Positions 37,245-50,943 of a stretch of 64,000 nucleotides of DNA are shown in pieces. The stretch spans positions 122,514,001 to 122,578,000 of the forward strand of contig NC_086097.1 of assembly GCF_963921235.1 (NCBI RefSeq). The letters are read 5' to 3'. The position numbers were made by a program, and so were the translations under genes. Each line of letters starts with the position of its first letter. Position 1 is the first letter of the stretch. Source of the DNA: Mobula hypostoma. Taxonomy: Eukaryota. The notes below the pieces were generated by a model, which saw only the letters and a program-made list of their open reading frames with translations, made no database searches and was not told the origin of the DNA.

Positions 37245-39330
37245 ATCAGAATCAGGTGTGTGTCGTGAAATTTGCTAATTTAGCAGCAACATTTCAATGC
37301 AATACATAATATAGAAGAAGAAAAAATAATAATAATTAAATCAATTACAGTATACATATATTGAATAGATTAACAAATTTCACATCACATGCTGGTGATG
37401 ATAAACCTGATTCTGATTCTGATTAAAATATCGTGCAAAAAACAGAAATAATATATATTAGAACAATGAGGTAGTGTTCAAGGGTTCAATGTCCATTTAG
37501 GAATCGGATGGCAGAGGGGAAGAAACTGTTCCTGAGTCACTGAGTGTGTGCCTTCAGGCTTCTGTACCTCCTACCTGATGGTAACAGTGAGAAAAGGGCT
37601 GGGTGCTGGAGGTCCTGAATAATGGATGTTGCCTTTCTGACATACCGTTCCTTGAAGATGTCCTGGGTACTTTGTAGGCTAGTACCCAAGATGGAGCTGA
37701 CTAAACTTACAAGCCTCTGCAGCTTCTTTCAGTACTGTGCAGTAGCCCCCTCGTCCCACCCCCATACCAGACAGTGATGCAGCCTGTCAGAAGTACATCT
37801 ATAGAAGTTTTTGCGTGTATTTGCTGACATACTAAATCTCTTCAAACTCCTAATGAAGTATAACCACTTTCTTGCCTTCTTTATAACTACATCGATATGT
37901 TGGGACCAGGTTAGATCCTCAGAAACCTTGACACCCAGGAACTTGAAACTGCTCACTCTCTCCACTTCTGATTCCTCTGTGAGGATTGGTATGTGTTCCT
38001 TCGTCTTACCCTTCCTGAAGTTCACAATCAGCTCTTTCATCTTACTGACACTGACTGCCAGGCTGTTGCACTAGTTGGCATATCTCACTCCTGTACGCCC
38101 TCTCGTCACCATCTGAGATTCTACCCACAATGGTCATATCATCAGCAAATTTATTGAGGATATTTGAACTCTGCCTAGCCACACAGTCATGGGTATAGAG
38201 AGAGTAGAGCAGTGGGCTAAGCACACAGCCCTGAGGTACACTAGTGTTAATCATCAGAGAGGAGGATATGTTATCACCAATCTGCACACACTGTGGTCTT
38301 CCGGTTAGGAAGTCAAGGATCTAATTGCAGAGGGAGATACAGAGGCCCAGGTTCTGTAACTTCTCAATCAGGATTGTGGGAATAATGGTATTAAATGCTG
38401 AGCTATATTCAATGAACAGCATCCTGACATAGGTGTTTGTGTTGTCCAGGTGGTCTAAAGCCGTGTGAAGAGCCATTGAGATTGCATCTGCTGTTGATCT
38501 ATTGTGGCGACAGGCAAATTGCAATGGGTCCAGGTACTTGCTGAGGCAGGAGTTCAGTCTAGTCATGACCTACCTCTCAAAGCATTTCATCACTGTCGAT
38601 GTGAGTGCTACCGGGTGATAGTCATTAAGGCAGCTCACATTATTCTTCTTAGGCACTGGTATAATTGTTATCTTTTGGAAGCAAGTTGGAACTTCTTCCC
38701 GTAGCAGTGAGAAATGTCCTTGAATACTCCTGCCAGTTGGTTGGCACAGGTTTTCAGAGCTTTACCAGGTACTCCATCGGGACCTTCTGCCTTAAAAGGG
38801 TTCACTCTCTTTAAAGGCACCTAACATCAGACTCTGAGATGGAGAACACAGGGTCATCAGGTGCAACAAGGATCTTCACAGCTGTAGTTATATTCTCCCT
38901 GTCAAACTGGCATAGAAGGCATTGAGTTCATCTGGTAGTGAAGCTTTGCTGCCATTCATGCTATTGGATTTTGCTTTGTAAGAAGTAATGTCTTGCAAAC
39001 ACTGCCAGAGTTGTTATACATCCAATGTTGCCTCCAACCTTGTACAAAATTGTCCCTTTGCCCTTGAAGTAGCCCTCTGCAAATCATACCTGGTTTTCTG
39101 GTACAGGCCTGGGTCACCAGACTTGAATGCCACAGATCTAACCTTCAGCAGATGACGTATCTCTTGGTTCATCCACGGCTTTTGGTTTGGGAATGTACAG
39201 TAAGTCTTTATAGGCACACACTCATCCACACAGGTTTTAATGGAGTCAGTAACAACTGCAGCATACTCATCCAGATTCGAAGATGAATTCCTGAATACTG
39301 TCCAGTCCACTGATTCAATAGCAGTAAACA
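37245..39330 (-). mobile_element. Rex1/Babar LINE, ~2 kb decayed RT
   Basis: ORF pieces: [60 protein letters not shown]. Confidence 0.9.
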
Positions 39331-39364
39331 TATAGTCTCACAAAAAAATTGTACCAATTGTATA

Positions 39365-40555
39365 TTCTATGCTTGAAGCCTTCCCCAGTTATGCTCTCCA
39401 ACTCTTCCTCGGCTACACTGATGACGGCATTGGTGCACTCCTGCTGAGCTTGTCTACTTCGCCTCCAACTTCCACCCCGCCCTTAAATTCACTTGGTCCA
39501 TCTCTGACACCTCCCTTCCCTTTCTTGATCTCCCTGTCTCCATCTCTGGAGACAAACTGTCAATCGATGTCTTTCATAACCCTACTGATTCCCATGGTTA
39601 TCTTGACTATATCTCCTCCCACCCTATCTCCTGTAAAAATCCTATTCCCTTTTCTCAGTCTCTTCGCTTCCACCATGTCTGTTCCCAGGATGTGGCTTTC
39701 CATTCCAGGACATCAGAAATGTCCTCCTTCTTTAAAGAGTGGGATTTCCCTCCTCTACTATTGATGCCACCCTCACCTGCATCTCCTCCATTTCCTGTAT
39801 GTCCGTGCTTACCCCATCCTCCCACCGTTGTTAGAGTGATAGAGTCCTTTTTGTCCTTACCCAGCTCTCCATCAGCCTCCGCATCCAACATATCATCCTC
39901 CGCAACTTCCACCATCTCCAAAGGGATCCTACCATGACACATATCCTTTACCTTCACCCCCCCGCACCACCGCTTTCCACAGGGATCGCTCCCTGCATGA
40001 TTCCTTTGTCCTTTCATCCCTTCGCACTCATCTCCCTCCAGGCACCTATCCCTGCAAGCAGCCTAAGTCCTGCACCTGTCCATTCATTTCCAAGCAGTCC
40101 TTCCAGGTGAGGCAGCACTCCACCTGCGAATCTGCTGGGGTTGTCCATTGTGCCCGGTGCTCCCGATGTGGCCTCCTCTATATTGGTGAGGCCTGTTGTA
40201 AGTTGGGAAACCGCTTCGTCGAGCACCTCTGCACTATCTGCCACAAGTGCCTAAACATTTTAATTCCAAATCCCATTCCTGTTCCGACATGCTGATCCAT
40301 GGCCTCCTCTTGTGTCAAGATGAGGCCACCCTCAGGGTGGAGGAGCAATACCTTATATTCCATTTGGGTACCTTCCAATCTGATGGCATGAATATCAATT
40401 AATCCTTACAGTGAACCAATTTACACCTACCCACCATTCCCCACTTCAACCTTTCACATTAACTGTTTACTGTTTTTGATACATGCTACCTGACCTACTG
40501 AGTTCTCTGTGTGTTGCTTTGGATTTTCAACATCTGCAGACTTTCCTGTTTTGAT
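39365..40555 (+). mobile_element. Penelope-like element: RT end, GIY-YIG endonuclease and pLTR (decayed)
   Basis: LFLGYTDDGIG (RT YxDD); STCESAGVVHCARCSRCGLLYIGEACCKLGNRFVEH (PLE-type GIY-YIG with CxxC). Confidence 0.85.
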
Positions 40556-41294
40556 AATATAGCCCAAGTCCCTGAGTTTCATGTCCTGTAGACTGCAGAT
40601 GCATGGGATGTTGTGGCAAGGATGTGCCCTCAGCTGCCCAATCATCATGCACTAGTGCAGCCGCAGGCAAACACAATCAAGCTTGTCTTCCACCGAGCGA
40701 ACACTGGAGAGCAGTACTGGCAGAAGGAGCCAGCCCCAACCCAGATGCCACAACCATAAACTCTGCTGCAGGATCTACGTGTCCCCGCAGGCTCGGCAAT
40801 GTACTCATGAATATGCACATTCCAGCTAATTACTGTTTCATTATGGTGGTATTTAACTCCCTTATTTTCATTGTAGACCTGGTAAGACTTGAGCAAAGCA
40901 GAGTAACGTTACGCTCCCTGTTTACCTTCGTCCTTGTCTGAGAAAGAGGACTACTGTTTCAACTGCTGCTGGAAGCAAGTGGTACTCATTTAGTATTTAA
41001 ATATTGCTTTCAGCAGTGTATTGGCATTTTACTTTCAGTTTGAGAGTTTGAGTTAATGACCTTGTTGACCTTGAATTTATTGTTTTCCTTTCCCTTAAAA
41101 TCCTGCAAAGTTTGCATTAAAATCTGTGAACTGTCGACCTGCTTCAGTGTCTCTCTCTCTCTCCCTCTCTGCACTTGGGCATCATCTGAACATTCTGACA
41201 CCAGCATGGACAACTGCTCCCCCGAACCACCTCCATTGTCTCCTTTCCTGGGTGACTGCAACAGGGAAACCCATGGCATTAGGGCCTAGTCCGC

Positions 41295-41655
41295 ATTACA
41301 ACCACCATCATCTCTATGTGCCGCATCGCATGATGAGGACAATCATAGTCTTTCCATGATCATGATTGTTCTTGGTAAATTTTTCTACCGAAGTGGTTTG
41401 CCATTGCCTTCATCTGGGCAGTGTCTTTACAAGATGGGTGACCCCAGCCGTTATCGGTACTCTTCAGGGATTGTCTGCTGGCATCAGTGGTGGCATAACC
41501 AAGACTTGTGATACACACATGCTGCTCAAATGGCCATCTACCAGCTGCTCCCATGGCTACACGTGACCCTGATCAGGGTTTCAGCAGGGGCACATCTTGC
41601 CTGAATGTGACCTGCAGGCTAGTGGAGGGAAGGAGCACCTCCCGCCTCCTGTGAT
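41295..41655 (-). mobile_element. RTE-tailed non-autonomous retroelement
   Basis: Reverse complement of the family at 31000-31446. Confidence 0.6.
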
Positions 41656-42274
41656 CGAGATGGATCACCAACCCACCACCCAATCCTCCTACATAGCCTT
41701 CCATTTTCCTATCATCCACGTGCCTGTCTGAGAGTTCCTTAAATGTCCCTGATGTATTTGCCTCTACCACCACCCCTGGCATGGCGTGCCATACACCCAC
41801 TGCTGTCAGTGTTATCTTGCATCTGATACCCACCCTGTACCTTTCTCCAGACACCTTAAAATCATGCACCCTCATTTTAGCCATTACTGGGTAAAACAAG
41901 GTAATTAGCTAAGTCCAAACAAGAGTTAATATTTCATACTGACGAAATGTTACTCTTTCTCTTGCCACAATTTTTTCCGCCCTGCTGAGTGCTGCCAACA
42001 TTTTCTGCATTCTTTGTTCGATTCCCGCCTGAATGAGGTTAGTGTTGGACAGGAAAAGGGAGGTGTTAAGAATGTCAGTTCTAATAACTGCAAGCAACGG
42101 GGTCAGATTTAGCTATAACACCCTCTGTCTAATGCCCTTTAACACTCCTCAGAGATGTGGGCCAAAGAGAGGCCGCAGTTACTCTGAGTCACGGCTTTCA
42201 GGATGGAAACATCGTGGACTGAAGGCGCTGTTCTTGTGCTAGAAAAGTCTAGAAGGAAAATACTTTTCTTTCAT

Positions 42275-42920
42275 CGCAGGTCAAATATCATCTATGGAGA
42301 GGAATAAACAGTCAACATTTTGGGCCAAAAACCATTCATCAGTACTGGAAAGGAAGCAGGAAGAAGGTGGGGGAAGTAGCACAAGATAGCAGGTAATAGG
42401 TGAAACAAAGTGAGGGGGAAGGTGGGTGAGTGGGGTGTTCACACCCCAAGTTGAAATAAGCTGGGAGGTGATAGGTGGAAGAGGCAAAGTGCTAAAGAAA
42501 AAGGAATCTGATAGGAGAGTGGATTGGACCATGTGAGAAAGGGAAGGAGGAGGGGCCCCAGTGGGAGGTGATGGGCAAGTGAGGAGAAGAGATGGGGTAA
42601 GAGTGGAGCCAGAATGGGGAATGGAAAAACAGAGAAGTGGGGGAAGGGAAGAAATTACTGGAAATAAGAGAAATTGATTTTGATGCTGTCAAGTTGGATG
42701 CTACTGAGGCAGAAAATGGAGTGTTGCTCCTCCAATCTGAAAATAGCCTCATTGTGGCAGTAAAGGAGGCCATGTCGGAATGGGAATGGGAAGTCGAATT
42801 GAAGTGCATGACCACAAGGAAATCCCACCTTTTGTGGCACTCAGAGCGAAGGTGTTCATGAAGGTGTCCCCCAATCTATATCGGATCTTACCGATGTAGA
42901 TCGGGCTGCACCGCGAGCAT
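42275..42920 (-). mobile_element. Penelope-like 3' fragment
   Basis: HFNSTSHSHSDM...; homologous to 40160-40400 and 25860-26366; decayed hammerhead at 42310-42345. Confidence 0.75.
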
Positions 42921-43408
42921 CATAGAGAAACATAGAAACATAGAAAATAGATGCAGGAGTAGGCCATTCGGCCCTTCGAGCCTGCACCGCCATTTATTAT
43001 GATCATGGCTGATCATCCAACTCAGAACCCTGCACCAGCCTTCCCTCCATACCCCCTGATCCCCGTAGCCACAAGGGCCATATCTAACTCCCTCTTAAAT
43101 ATAGCCAATGAACTGGCCTCAACTGTTTCCTGTGGCAGAGAATTCCACAGATTCACCACTCTCTGTGTGAAGAAGTTTTTCCTAATCTCGGTCCTAAAAG
43201 GCTTCCCCTTTATCCTCAAACTGTGGCCCCTCGTTCTGGACTTCCCCAACATCGGGAACAATCGTCCTGCATCTAGCCTGTCCAATCCCTTTAGGATTTT
43301 ATACGTTTCAATCAGATCCCTCCTCAATCTTCTAAATTCCAGTGAGTACAAGCCTAGTTCATCTAGTCTTTCTTCATATGAAAGTCCTGCCATCCCAGGA
43401 ATCAATCC
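42921..43408 (-). mobile_element. Young CR1 3' fragment
   Basis: Near-identical to 48437-48919; intact frame (LIPGMAGLSYEERL...GAGF); (TTTCTATG)n tail. Confidence 0.95.
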
Positions 43409-44962
43409 GGGTATAATTTTCTTTCTTCCTCTGGAAATAGCCATAGTTTGAAATATGCTAATTTGGATGAAGGGACAATAGTGGACAGGGATGTAATTAT
43501 GATCTATGTAATTTTGACACAACATTTATAAAGAATATCTAAAAGTTCACCTTATTGATTAATAATTAGAATTTTCATATTTTAAAATTTAATATGTTCT
43601 CAATGAATTGGCAGGATCCGCTATTCCAACATATCAATCGATACATACACTTTGTTGTCCAGCTGACAAGGCTGTTGGAGCAAAGAAAGTCATTGTCTGC
43701 AGTCCACCATCACTGCAGGACTTGTATGTATCCAATACAAAGACGCGGGCAGAAAAAAACATTGCAGACACTAGCTACCCTGCAAGCTGCCTTTATAAAA
43801 AAAACTCCCTTCTGGAAAGCTTTATAGGGCTATTAAAACAAAAACCATGCCATCTTAAAACCCCAGGCAGTTAATCTGATCAATCATTGTAGTTAGTCCT
43901 CACTCTCTCTATCTATTAACTCAGTCACTGCACTGTAAACACTCTAAACCACTTTGTATAATACTGTTTAATACTGTAAATATATGCTGGTATTTATTTA
44001 TTTCTGCACATTTTATCCCATACCTGTACTTACAACTTTATTTTTATATAATTCCTTTTTCTGTGCAATTGATGGATCTTGTTTTTTTTTTGGACTTGCA
44101 CCCCGACCAACGCATACCAGCAAATTCCTGATACTGTACCTATAAATGTATCCGGTGAATGAAGTTGATCCCTAGCAGTAGGGGAAATGAAACTCAGACT
44201 TGTCACCTCTTCTGTTCCTGTGAGTTACCTTGTGACCTTGATCTTAACATAGACACTGTGGGATCCAGGCTCAGGCTTAACCATGTAAAATATTTAGTGA
44301 AATGTAGAAAGGTCATTACTGCCTACAGAACCATAACCTGAGGAAACCAACATTAAGGAATAAGAGTTAAATCTGTGTACAGAATCAGAATCAGGTTTAA
44401 TATCACTGGCAAATGTCATGAAATTTGTTAACTTTACAGCTGCAGTTCAAAGAAATACATGGTGAATAAATATAGAGAAAAAAAAGTTCCATTAAGTTTA
44501 TATATTGTCCATTAAAAAGTTAAAATAAGTAGCACAAAATAACAGAAAAAAAAGAAAGTAGTGAGGTAGTGTTCATTTGCTCAATGTCCATTCAGAAATC
44601 GGGTGGCGGGGGGAAGAAGCTGCTCCTCAATGGATGAGTGTGTGCCTTCAGATGTCTGTACGTCCGTCCTGACGGTGAGGAGGGCGTGCGCTGGTGGTGG
44701 GGATCCTTAATGTTAGACACTGCCTTCCTAAGGCACTGCTCCTTGAAGATGCCTTCAAAGCTCCTGTTAGGATAAACAATAGACTTCTCAATCTGAATCT
44801 AACTTTAACAGTTGTCTTAGAAGAGAAAGAAAATATTCAAACTGACAGCATATGTACAGGGTACACTTTTTTGATCAGAATCAGACTCAGGTTTATTATC
44901 ACAAACCTATGGTATGAAATTTGTTGTTTCGTGGTAGCAATAAAGTGCTATACATAAATATA

Positions 44963-45786
44963 AGGGACCGCGTTACGGAACTGGAGCTGCAGCTCGATGA
45001 CCTTCGTCTGGTCAGGGAGAGTGAGAGTTGATAGAGAGGAGTTACAGGCAGGTGGTCACGCCGGGGCCACGGGAGACAGACAAGTGGGTCACGGTTAGGA
45101 GGGGAAAGGGGAAGAGTCAGGTAATAGAGAGTACCCCGGTGGCTGTGCCCCTTGACAACAGGTACTCCTGTTTGAGTACTGTTGGGGGGGACAGCATACC
45201 CGGGGGAAGCGACAGTGGCCGTGCCTCCGGCACAGAGTCTGGCCCTGTAGCTCAGAAGGGTAGGGAAAGGAAGAGGAGGGCAGTTGTGATAGGGGACTCG
45301 ATAGTAAGGGGGTCAGACAGGCGATTCTATGGACGCAGTCCAGAGACCCGGATGGTAGTTTGCCTCCCTGGTGCCAGGGTCCGGGATATTTCTGATCGTG
45401 TTCAAGATATCCTGAAGTGGGAGGGTGAGGAGCCAGAGGTCGTGGTACATATAGGTACCAATGACATAGGTAGGAAAAGGGAAGAGGTCCTGAAAGGAGA
45501 ATATAGGGAGCTAGGAAGGGAGTTGAGAAAAAGGACTGCAAAGGAAGTAATCTCGGGATTACTGCCTGTGCCACGCGACAGTGAGAGTAGGAATGCGATG
45601 AGGTGGAGGATAAATGCGTGGCTGAGGGATTGGAGCAGGGGGTAGGGATTCAAGTTTTTGGATCATTGGGACCTCTTTTGGCACAGGCGTGACCTGTACA
45701 AAAAGGACGGGTTACACTTGAATCCTAGGGGGACCAATATCCTGGCAGGGAGATTAGTGGGGGCTACTGAGTTGACCTTAAACTAG
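44963..45786 (+). pseudogene. CR1 ORF1 (SGNH/GDSL esterase-type)
   Basis: RDRVTELELQLDDL coiled coil; VIGDSIVR, CLPGA, VHIGTND and DGLH blocks. Frameshift near 45027, premature TAG at 45643-45, natural stop at 45784-86. Confidence 0.9.
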
Positions 45787-48700
45787 AATGGTTGGGGGGT
45801 GGGAATCAAATTAAAGAGGCTAGGCGAGAGGAGGTTAGTTCACAACAGGGGGATGGGAACCAGTGCAGAGAGACAGAGGGGTGTAAAGTGAGGGTAGAAG
45901 CAAAAAGTAGTAAGGAGAAAAGTAAAAGTGGCAGGCCGACAAATCCAGGGCAAGCATCAAAAAGGGCCACTTTTCAACATAATTGTATAAAGGCTAAGAG
46001 AGTTGTCAAAGAGCGCCTGAAGGCTTTGTGTGTCAATGCAAGGAGCATTCATTACAAGGTGGATGTATTCAAAGTGCAGATTGTTATTAATGATTATGAT
46101 AAGGTTGAGATCACAGAGACATGGCTCCAGGGTGACCAAGGATGGGAGCTCAACGTTCAGGGATATTCAATATTCAGGAGGGACAGACATGAAGGAAGAG
46201 GAGGTGGGGTGGCGTTGCTGGTTAAAGAAGAGATTAACGCAATAGAAAGGAAGGACATAAGCCGGGAAGGTGTGGAATCGATATGGGTAGAGCTGCGTAA
46301 CACTAAGGGGCAGAAAACGCTGGTGGGAGTTGTGTACAGGCCACCTAACAATAGTAGTGAGGTCGGAGATGGTGTTAAACAGGAAATTAGAAAAGTGTGC
46401 AATAAAGGAACAGCCGTTATAATGGGTAACTTCAATCTACATGTAGATTGGGTGAACCAAATTGGTAAAGGTGCTGAGGAAGAGGATTTCTTGGAATGTA
46501 TGCGGGATGGTTTTTTGAACCAACATGTCGAGGAACCAACTAGAGAGCAGGCTATTCTAGACTGGGTTTTGAGCAATGAGGAAGGGTTAATTAGCGATCT
46601 TGTCGTGAGAGGTCCCTTGGGTAAGAGTGACCATAATATGGTGGAATTCTTCATTAAGATGGAGAGTGACGTAGTTAATTCAGAAACAAAGGTTCTGAAC
46701 TTAAAGAGGGGTAACTTTGAAGGTATGAGTCGTGAATTAGCTAAGATAGACTGGCAAATGACACTTAAAGGATTGACGGTGGATATGCAATGGCAAGCAT
46801 TTAAAGATTGCATGGATGAACTACAACAATTGTTCATCCCAGTTTGGCAAAAGAATAAATCAAGGAAGGTAGTGCACCCGTGGCTGACAAGAGAAATTAG
46901 GGATAGTATCAATTCCAAAGAAGAAGCATACAAATTAGCCAGAAAAAGTGGCTCACCTGAGGACTGGGAGAAATTCAGAGTTCAGCAGAGGAGGACAAAG
47001 GGCTTAATTAGGAAGGGGAAAAAAGATTATGAGAGAAAACTGGCAGGGAACATAAAAACTGACTGTAAAAGCTTTTATAGATATGTAAAAAGGAAAAGAC
47101 TGGTAAAGACAAATGTAGGTCCCCTACATACAGAAACAGGTGAATTGATTATGGGGAGCAAGGACATGGCAGACCAATTGAATAATTACTTTGGTTCTGT
47201 CTTCACTAAGGAGGACATAAATAATCTTCCAGAAATAGTGGGGGACAGAGGGTCCAGTGAGATGGAGGAACTGAGCAAAATACATGTTAGTAGGGAAGTG
47301 GTGTTAGGTAAATTGAAGGGATTGAAGGCAGATAAATCCCCAGGGCCAGATGGTCTGCATCCCAGAGTGCTTAAGGAAGTAGCCCAAGAAATAGTGGATG
47401 CATTAGTGATAATTTTTCAAAACTCGTTAGATTCTGGACTAGTTCCTGAGGATTGGAGGGTGGCTAATGTAACCCCGCTTTTTAAAAAAGGAGGGAGAGA
47501 GAAACCAGTGAATTATAGACTGGTTAGCCTAACATCGGTGGTGGGGAAACTGCTAGAGTCAGTTATCAAAGATGTGATAACAGCACATTTGGAAAGCGGT
47601 GAAATCATCGGACAAAGACAGCATGGATTTGTGAAAGGAAAATCATGTCTGACGAATCTCATAGAATTTTTTGAGGATGTAACTAGTAGAGTAGATAGGG
47701 GAGAACCAGTGGATGTGGTATATTTGGATTTTCAAAAGACTTTTGACAAGGTCCCACACAGGAGATTATTGTGCAAACTTAAAGCACACGGTATTGGGGG
47801 TAAGGTATTGATGTGGATGGAGAATTGGTTAGCAGACAGGAAGCAAAGAGTGGGAATAAACGGGACCTTTTCAGAATGGCAGGCAGTGACTGGTGGGGTA
47901 CCGCAAGGCTCAGTGCTGGGACCCCAGTTGTTTACAATATATATTAATGACTTGGATGAGGGAATTAAATGCAGCATCTCCAAGTTTGCGGATGACACGA
48001 AGCTGGGCGGCAGTGTTAGCTGTGAGGAGGATGCTAAGAGGATGCAGGGTGACTTGGATAGGTTGGGTGAGTGGGCAAATTCATGGCAGATGCAATTTAA
48101 TGTGGATAAATGTGAAGTTATCCACTTTGGTGGCAAAAATAGGAAAACATTATTATCTGAATGGTGGCCGATTAGGAAAAGGGGAGGTGCAACGAGACCT
48201 GGGTGTCATTATACACCAGTCATTGAAAGTGGGCATGCAGGTACAGCAGGCGGTGAAAAAGGCGAATGGTATGCTGGCATTTATAGCGAGAGGATTCGAG
48301 TACAGGAGCAGGGAGGTACTACTGCAGTTGTACAAGGCCTTGGTGAGACCACACCTGGAGTATTGTGTGCAGTTTTGGTCCCCTAATCTGAGGAAAGACA
48401 TCCTTGCCATAGAGGGAGTACAAAGAAGGTTCACCAGATTGATTCCTGGGATGGCAGGACTTTCATATGATGAAAGACTGGATGAACTAGGCTTGTACTC
48501 GTTGGAATTTAGAAGATTGAGGGGGGATCTGATTGAAACGTATAAAATCCTGAAGGGATTGGACAGGCTAGATGCAGGAAGATTGTTCCCGATGTTGGGG
48601 AAGTCCAGAACGAGGGGCACAGTTTGAGGATAAAGGGGAAGCCTTTTAGGACTGAGATTAGGAAAAACTTCTTCACACAGAGAGTGGTGAATCTGTGGAA

Positions 48701-48821
48701 TTCTCTGCCACAGGAAACAGTTGAGGTCGGTTCATTGGCTATATTTAAGAGGGAGTTAGATATGGCCCTTGTGGCTACGGGGATCAGGGGGTATGGAAGG
48801 AAGGCTGGTGCAGGGTTCTGA
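45771..48821 (+). pseudogene. CR1 ORF2 (APE endonuclease + reverse transcriptase)
   Basis: NARS, ITETW, GGGVALLVK, YRPP, GNFN (usually GDFN), LGKSDH, KSPGPDG, QHGF, GVPQGSVLGP, KFADD. Frameshifts near 48148 and 48618; ends TGA at 48821. Confidence 0.95.
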
Positions 48822-50054
48822 GTTGGGTGATCAGCCATGATCATAATAAATGGCGGTGCAGGCTCGAAGGGCTGAATGGCCTACTCCTGCACCTATTTTC
48901 TATGTTTCTATGTTTCTATACAATAAATTACATTCTGGAATAGATACGGAATAACTATATAGTGCAAATACAGAACAAAATTAGAAAGAAAGTGTGTGTG
49001 CGTTCATTGTCCATCAGAAATCTGATGGCAGAGGAGAAGAGGCTTTTCCTGAAATGTTGAGTTTGTGTCTTCAGACTCCTGTACCTCCTTCCTGATGGTA
49101 GTAGTAAAAAGTGGACATGCCCTGGGTGGTGGGTGCCTTTAATAATGAATGCCACCTTTTCGGCACTTTGCCCTCTGAAGCTGTCCTCAATGCTGCGGAG
49201 GCAACTGCCCATGGTGGAACTGTCTAAATATATCCAGCTGTTATTGGAATAAAGCACAGTGAAAATCTGCCCCGGATGAGTGAATGTGAGGCCATTTACA
49301 ATAAAAAGAGGAATACAACAGAGGGAGCTTTCCTCCCCAGCTGTCCCACTTATTTTAATGCCCCTTAGTCTGACCGGTATCACAGGAGGAAATTCTCACT
49401 TCCTAAGCTGTAGTAACATTGCTTATTCATACTTAAGCTTACATTCCATCCCAGGTGAATGTGAGGACTGCACTCAATGAACTATACTCTAGCATCAACA
49501 GCCTTGAAATGAGATAACCTGAGGCCCTCTTCATTATTGCTGGCAACTTCAACCAGGCAGGCCCAAGTGTGTGTTACCAAAATACTACCAGCATGTAGTA
49601 TTGGGCTTCCCGTGCGTATTTGGGGCCCACCAGGAGCACAAACACACTTGTCCTTTGCTACACATCATCTAAGATGCCTACTAAGCCACCAACATAGTTC
49701 CCTCTAAGCTGTGTGTGCATGCACGTGCACACAAGTTTTTCAACCAGCTCACAAAGGAAATTAATGTGCGCACAAAAGGGTAGTTACCTAAAATAATGTA
49801 GTAGTTAATAATTATACTTATTGAAAATAATCTTTTAGCTACCTGTTTCTGTTAACTAGTTAGCTGTTTTTCAAATACCACAATGCACGTCACTAATTTA
49901 CGTCACCTCACCTTTCCTGTTCCAGTTTGTGCAGCTGCATCACAGCAGCAGCCATGTTTGGCAGACAGTGTTCATATCGTAAAGTTTACAAAGATCTGTT
50001 TCAGATCCTGTAGATAGCTTACTAAGTTTCTATTGGAAAAAATATTGATTCACT

Positions 50055-50925
50055 ATGTCGAATTCAAAAGAAGTGAAGGGCGCGAAGCGCAAAAAAACTG
50101 TAAATTTGTTTAAAGTTGAATGGTTTAACAAAATAGTAGAAACTGTTACACTGAAAGCTCATGAGGTCATGAACGTTCAGCTACAAGAAATATTTATGTA
50201 TGATTCGGAAACTGGAGTTATCAGCTTGTATTGTCGTGATGCAAAAGTTGCTGGAGAATTTGCTAGTGGAAAGAAGTGGGAGGATATTTGGAAACTTGAC
50301 CTTTTGAAGCATCATTTGGCAAGTAAATCACATTTAGATGGTGTACAAAAGCTCAGGCAACAGAATCCGTCATTACCCATTACAGGAATGCTGCGCATGT
50401 TACGGTTGAGTGCAGATGAGCGAGAGCGAAAATGATCAAACCCAGAGGAGATCAAAGTTGAGGTACAAGAATGGTCAGCTTTTGATTTCTCCGCAATTGC
50501 AGATTGTGACCACATTTGGCGATGAACAATTTAATGCCTTATGTCTAAAATATGATTTTCTAGCTGAAAATATTGTAACAGTTAGACAGTTTAATGATTT
50601 CAAATTTTCCGTGCAAGAAAAAATTAAATCCAAACCGATTTCAAACTTTGCTCAAATAGTGGCACTTGCACTTCAAAATGAACAGTTTTGCGACCTTGCA
50701 CAGTTGATGGACATTGGGGGAACCTTTCTTGCATCTAGTGCGGACTGTGAGCGAGGTTTTAGCCTAATGAATCAACTCAAAAACAAGCTGAGAAACCGTT
50801 TAGGTGAATGCCATTTGGATATGTTAATGAGAATCAAAAGCTATCAATGGGATGGAAGCTCTATTAGTTGAGATAGAGTTTACAAAGAATGGGTAAATGC
50901 CAAAGACAGGAGAGAGAAAAAATAA
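50055..50925 (+). pseudogene. hAT transposase remnant: N-terminal zinc-finger-like region joined to the C-terminal dimerization domain
   Basis: N-terminal FKVEW...YCRDAK..F.SG......LKHHLASKSH; C-terminal ASSADCERGFSLMNQLKNKLRNRLG..HLDMLMRI. Too short to contain the catalytic core. Confidence 0.85.
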
Positions 50926-50943
50926 CTGAGTGACTTAAATATG

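Larger units (their letters stand above)
44963..48919 (+). mobile_element. Near full-length CR1 LINE (5' truncated within ORF1)
   Basis: ORF1 coiled coil plus SGNH esterase, ORF2 APE plus RT, 3' UTR with (TTTCTATG)n. Inserted into a minus-strand Rex 3' UTR (44875-44960 / 48920-49230). Confidence 0.95.

Noticed and set aside
46157..48844. Long minus-strand ORFs (258, 134, 155 and 111 aa)
   Set aside because: Antisense shadows of CR1 ORF2.
50055..50925. Domesticated ZNF862-like host gene
   Set aside because: Flanked by TIRs and a TSD, split across frames and missing its core, so it is a transposon copy.
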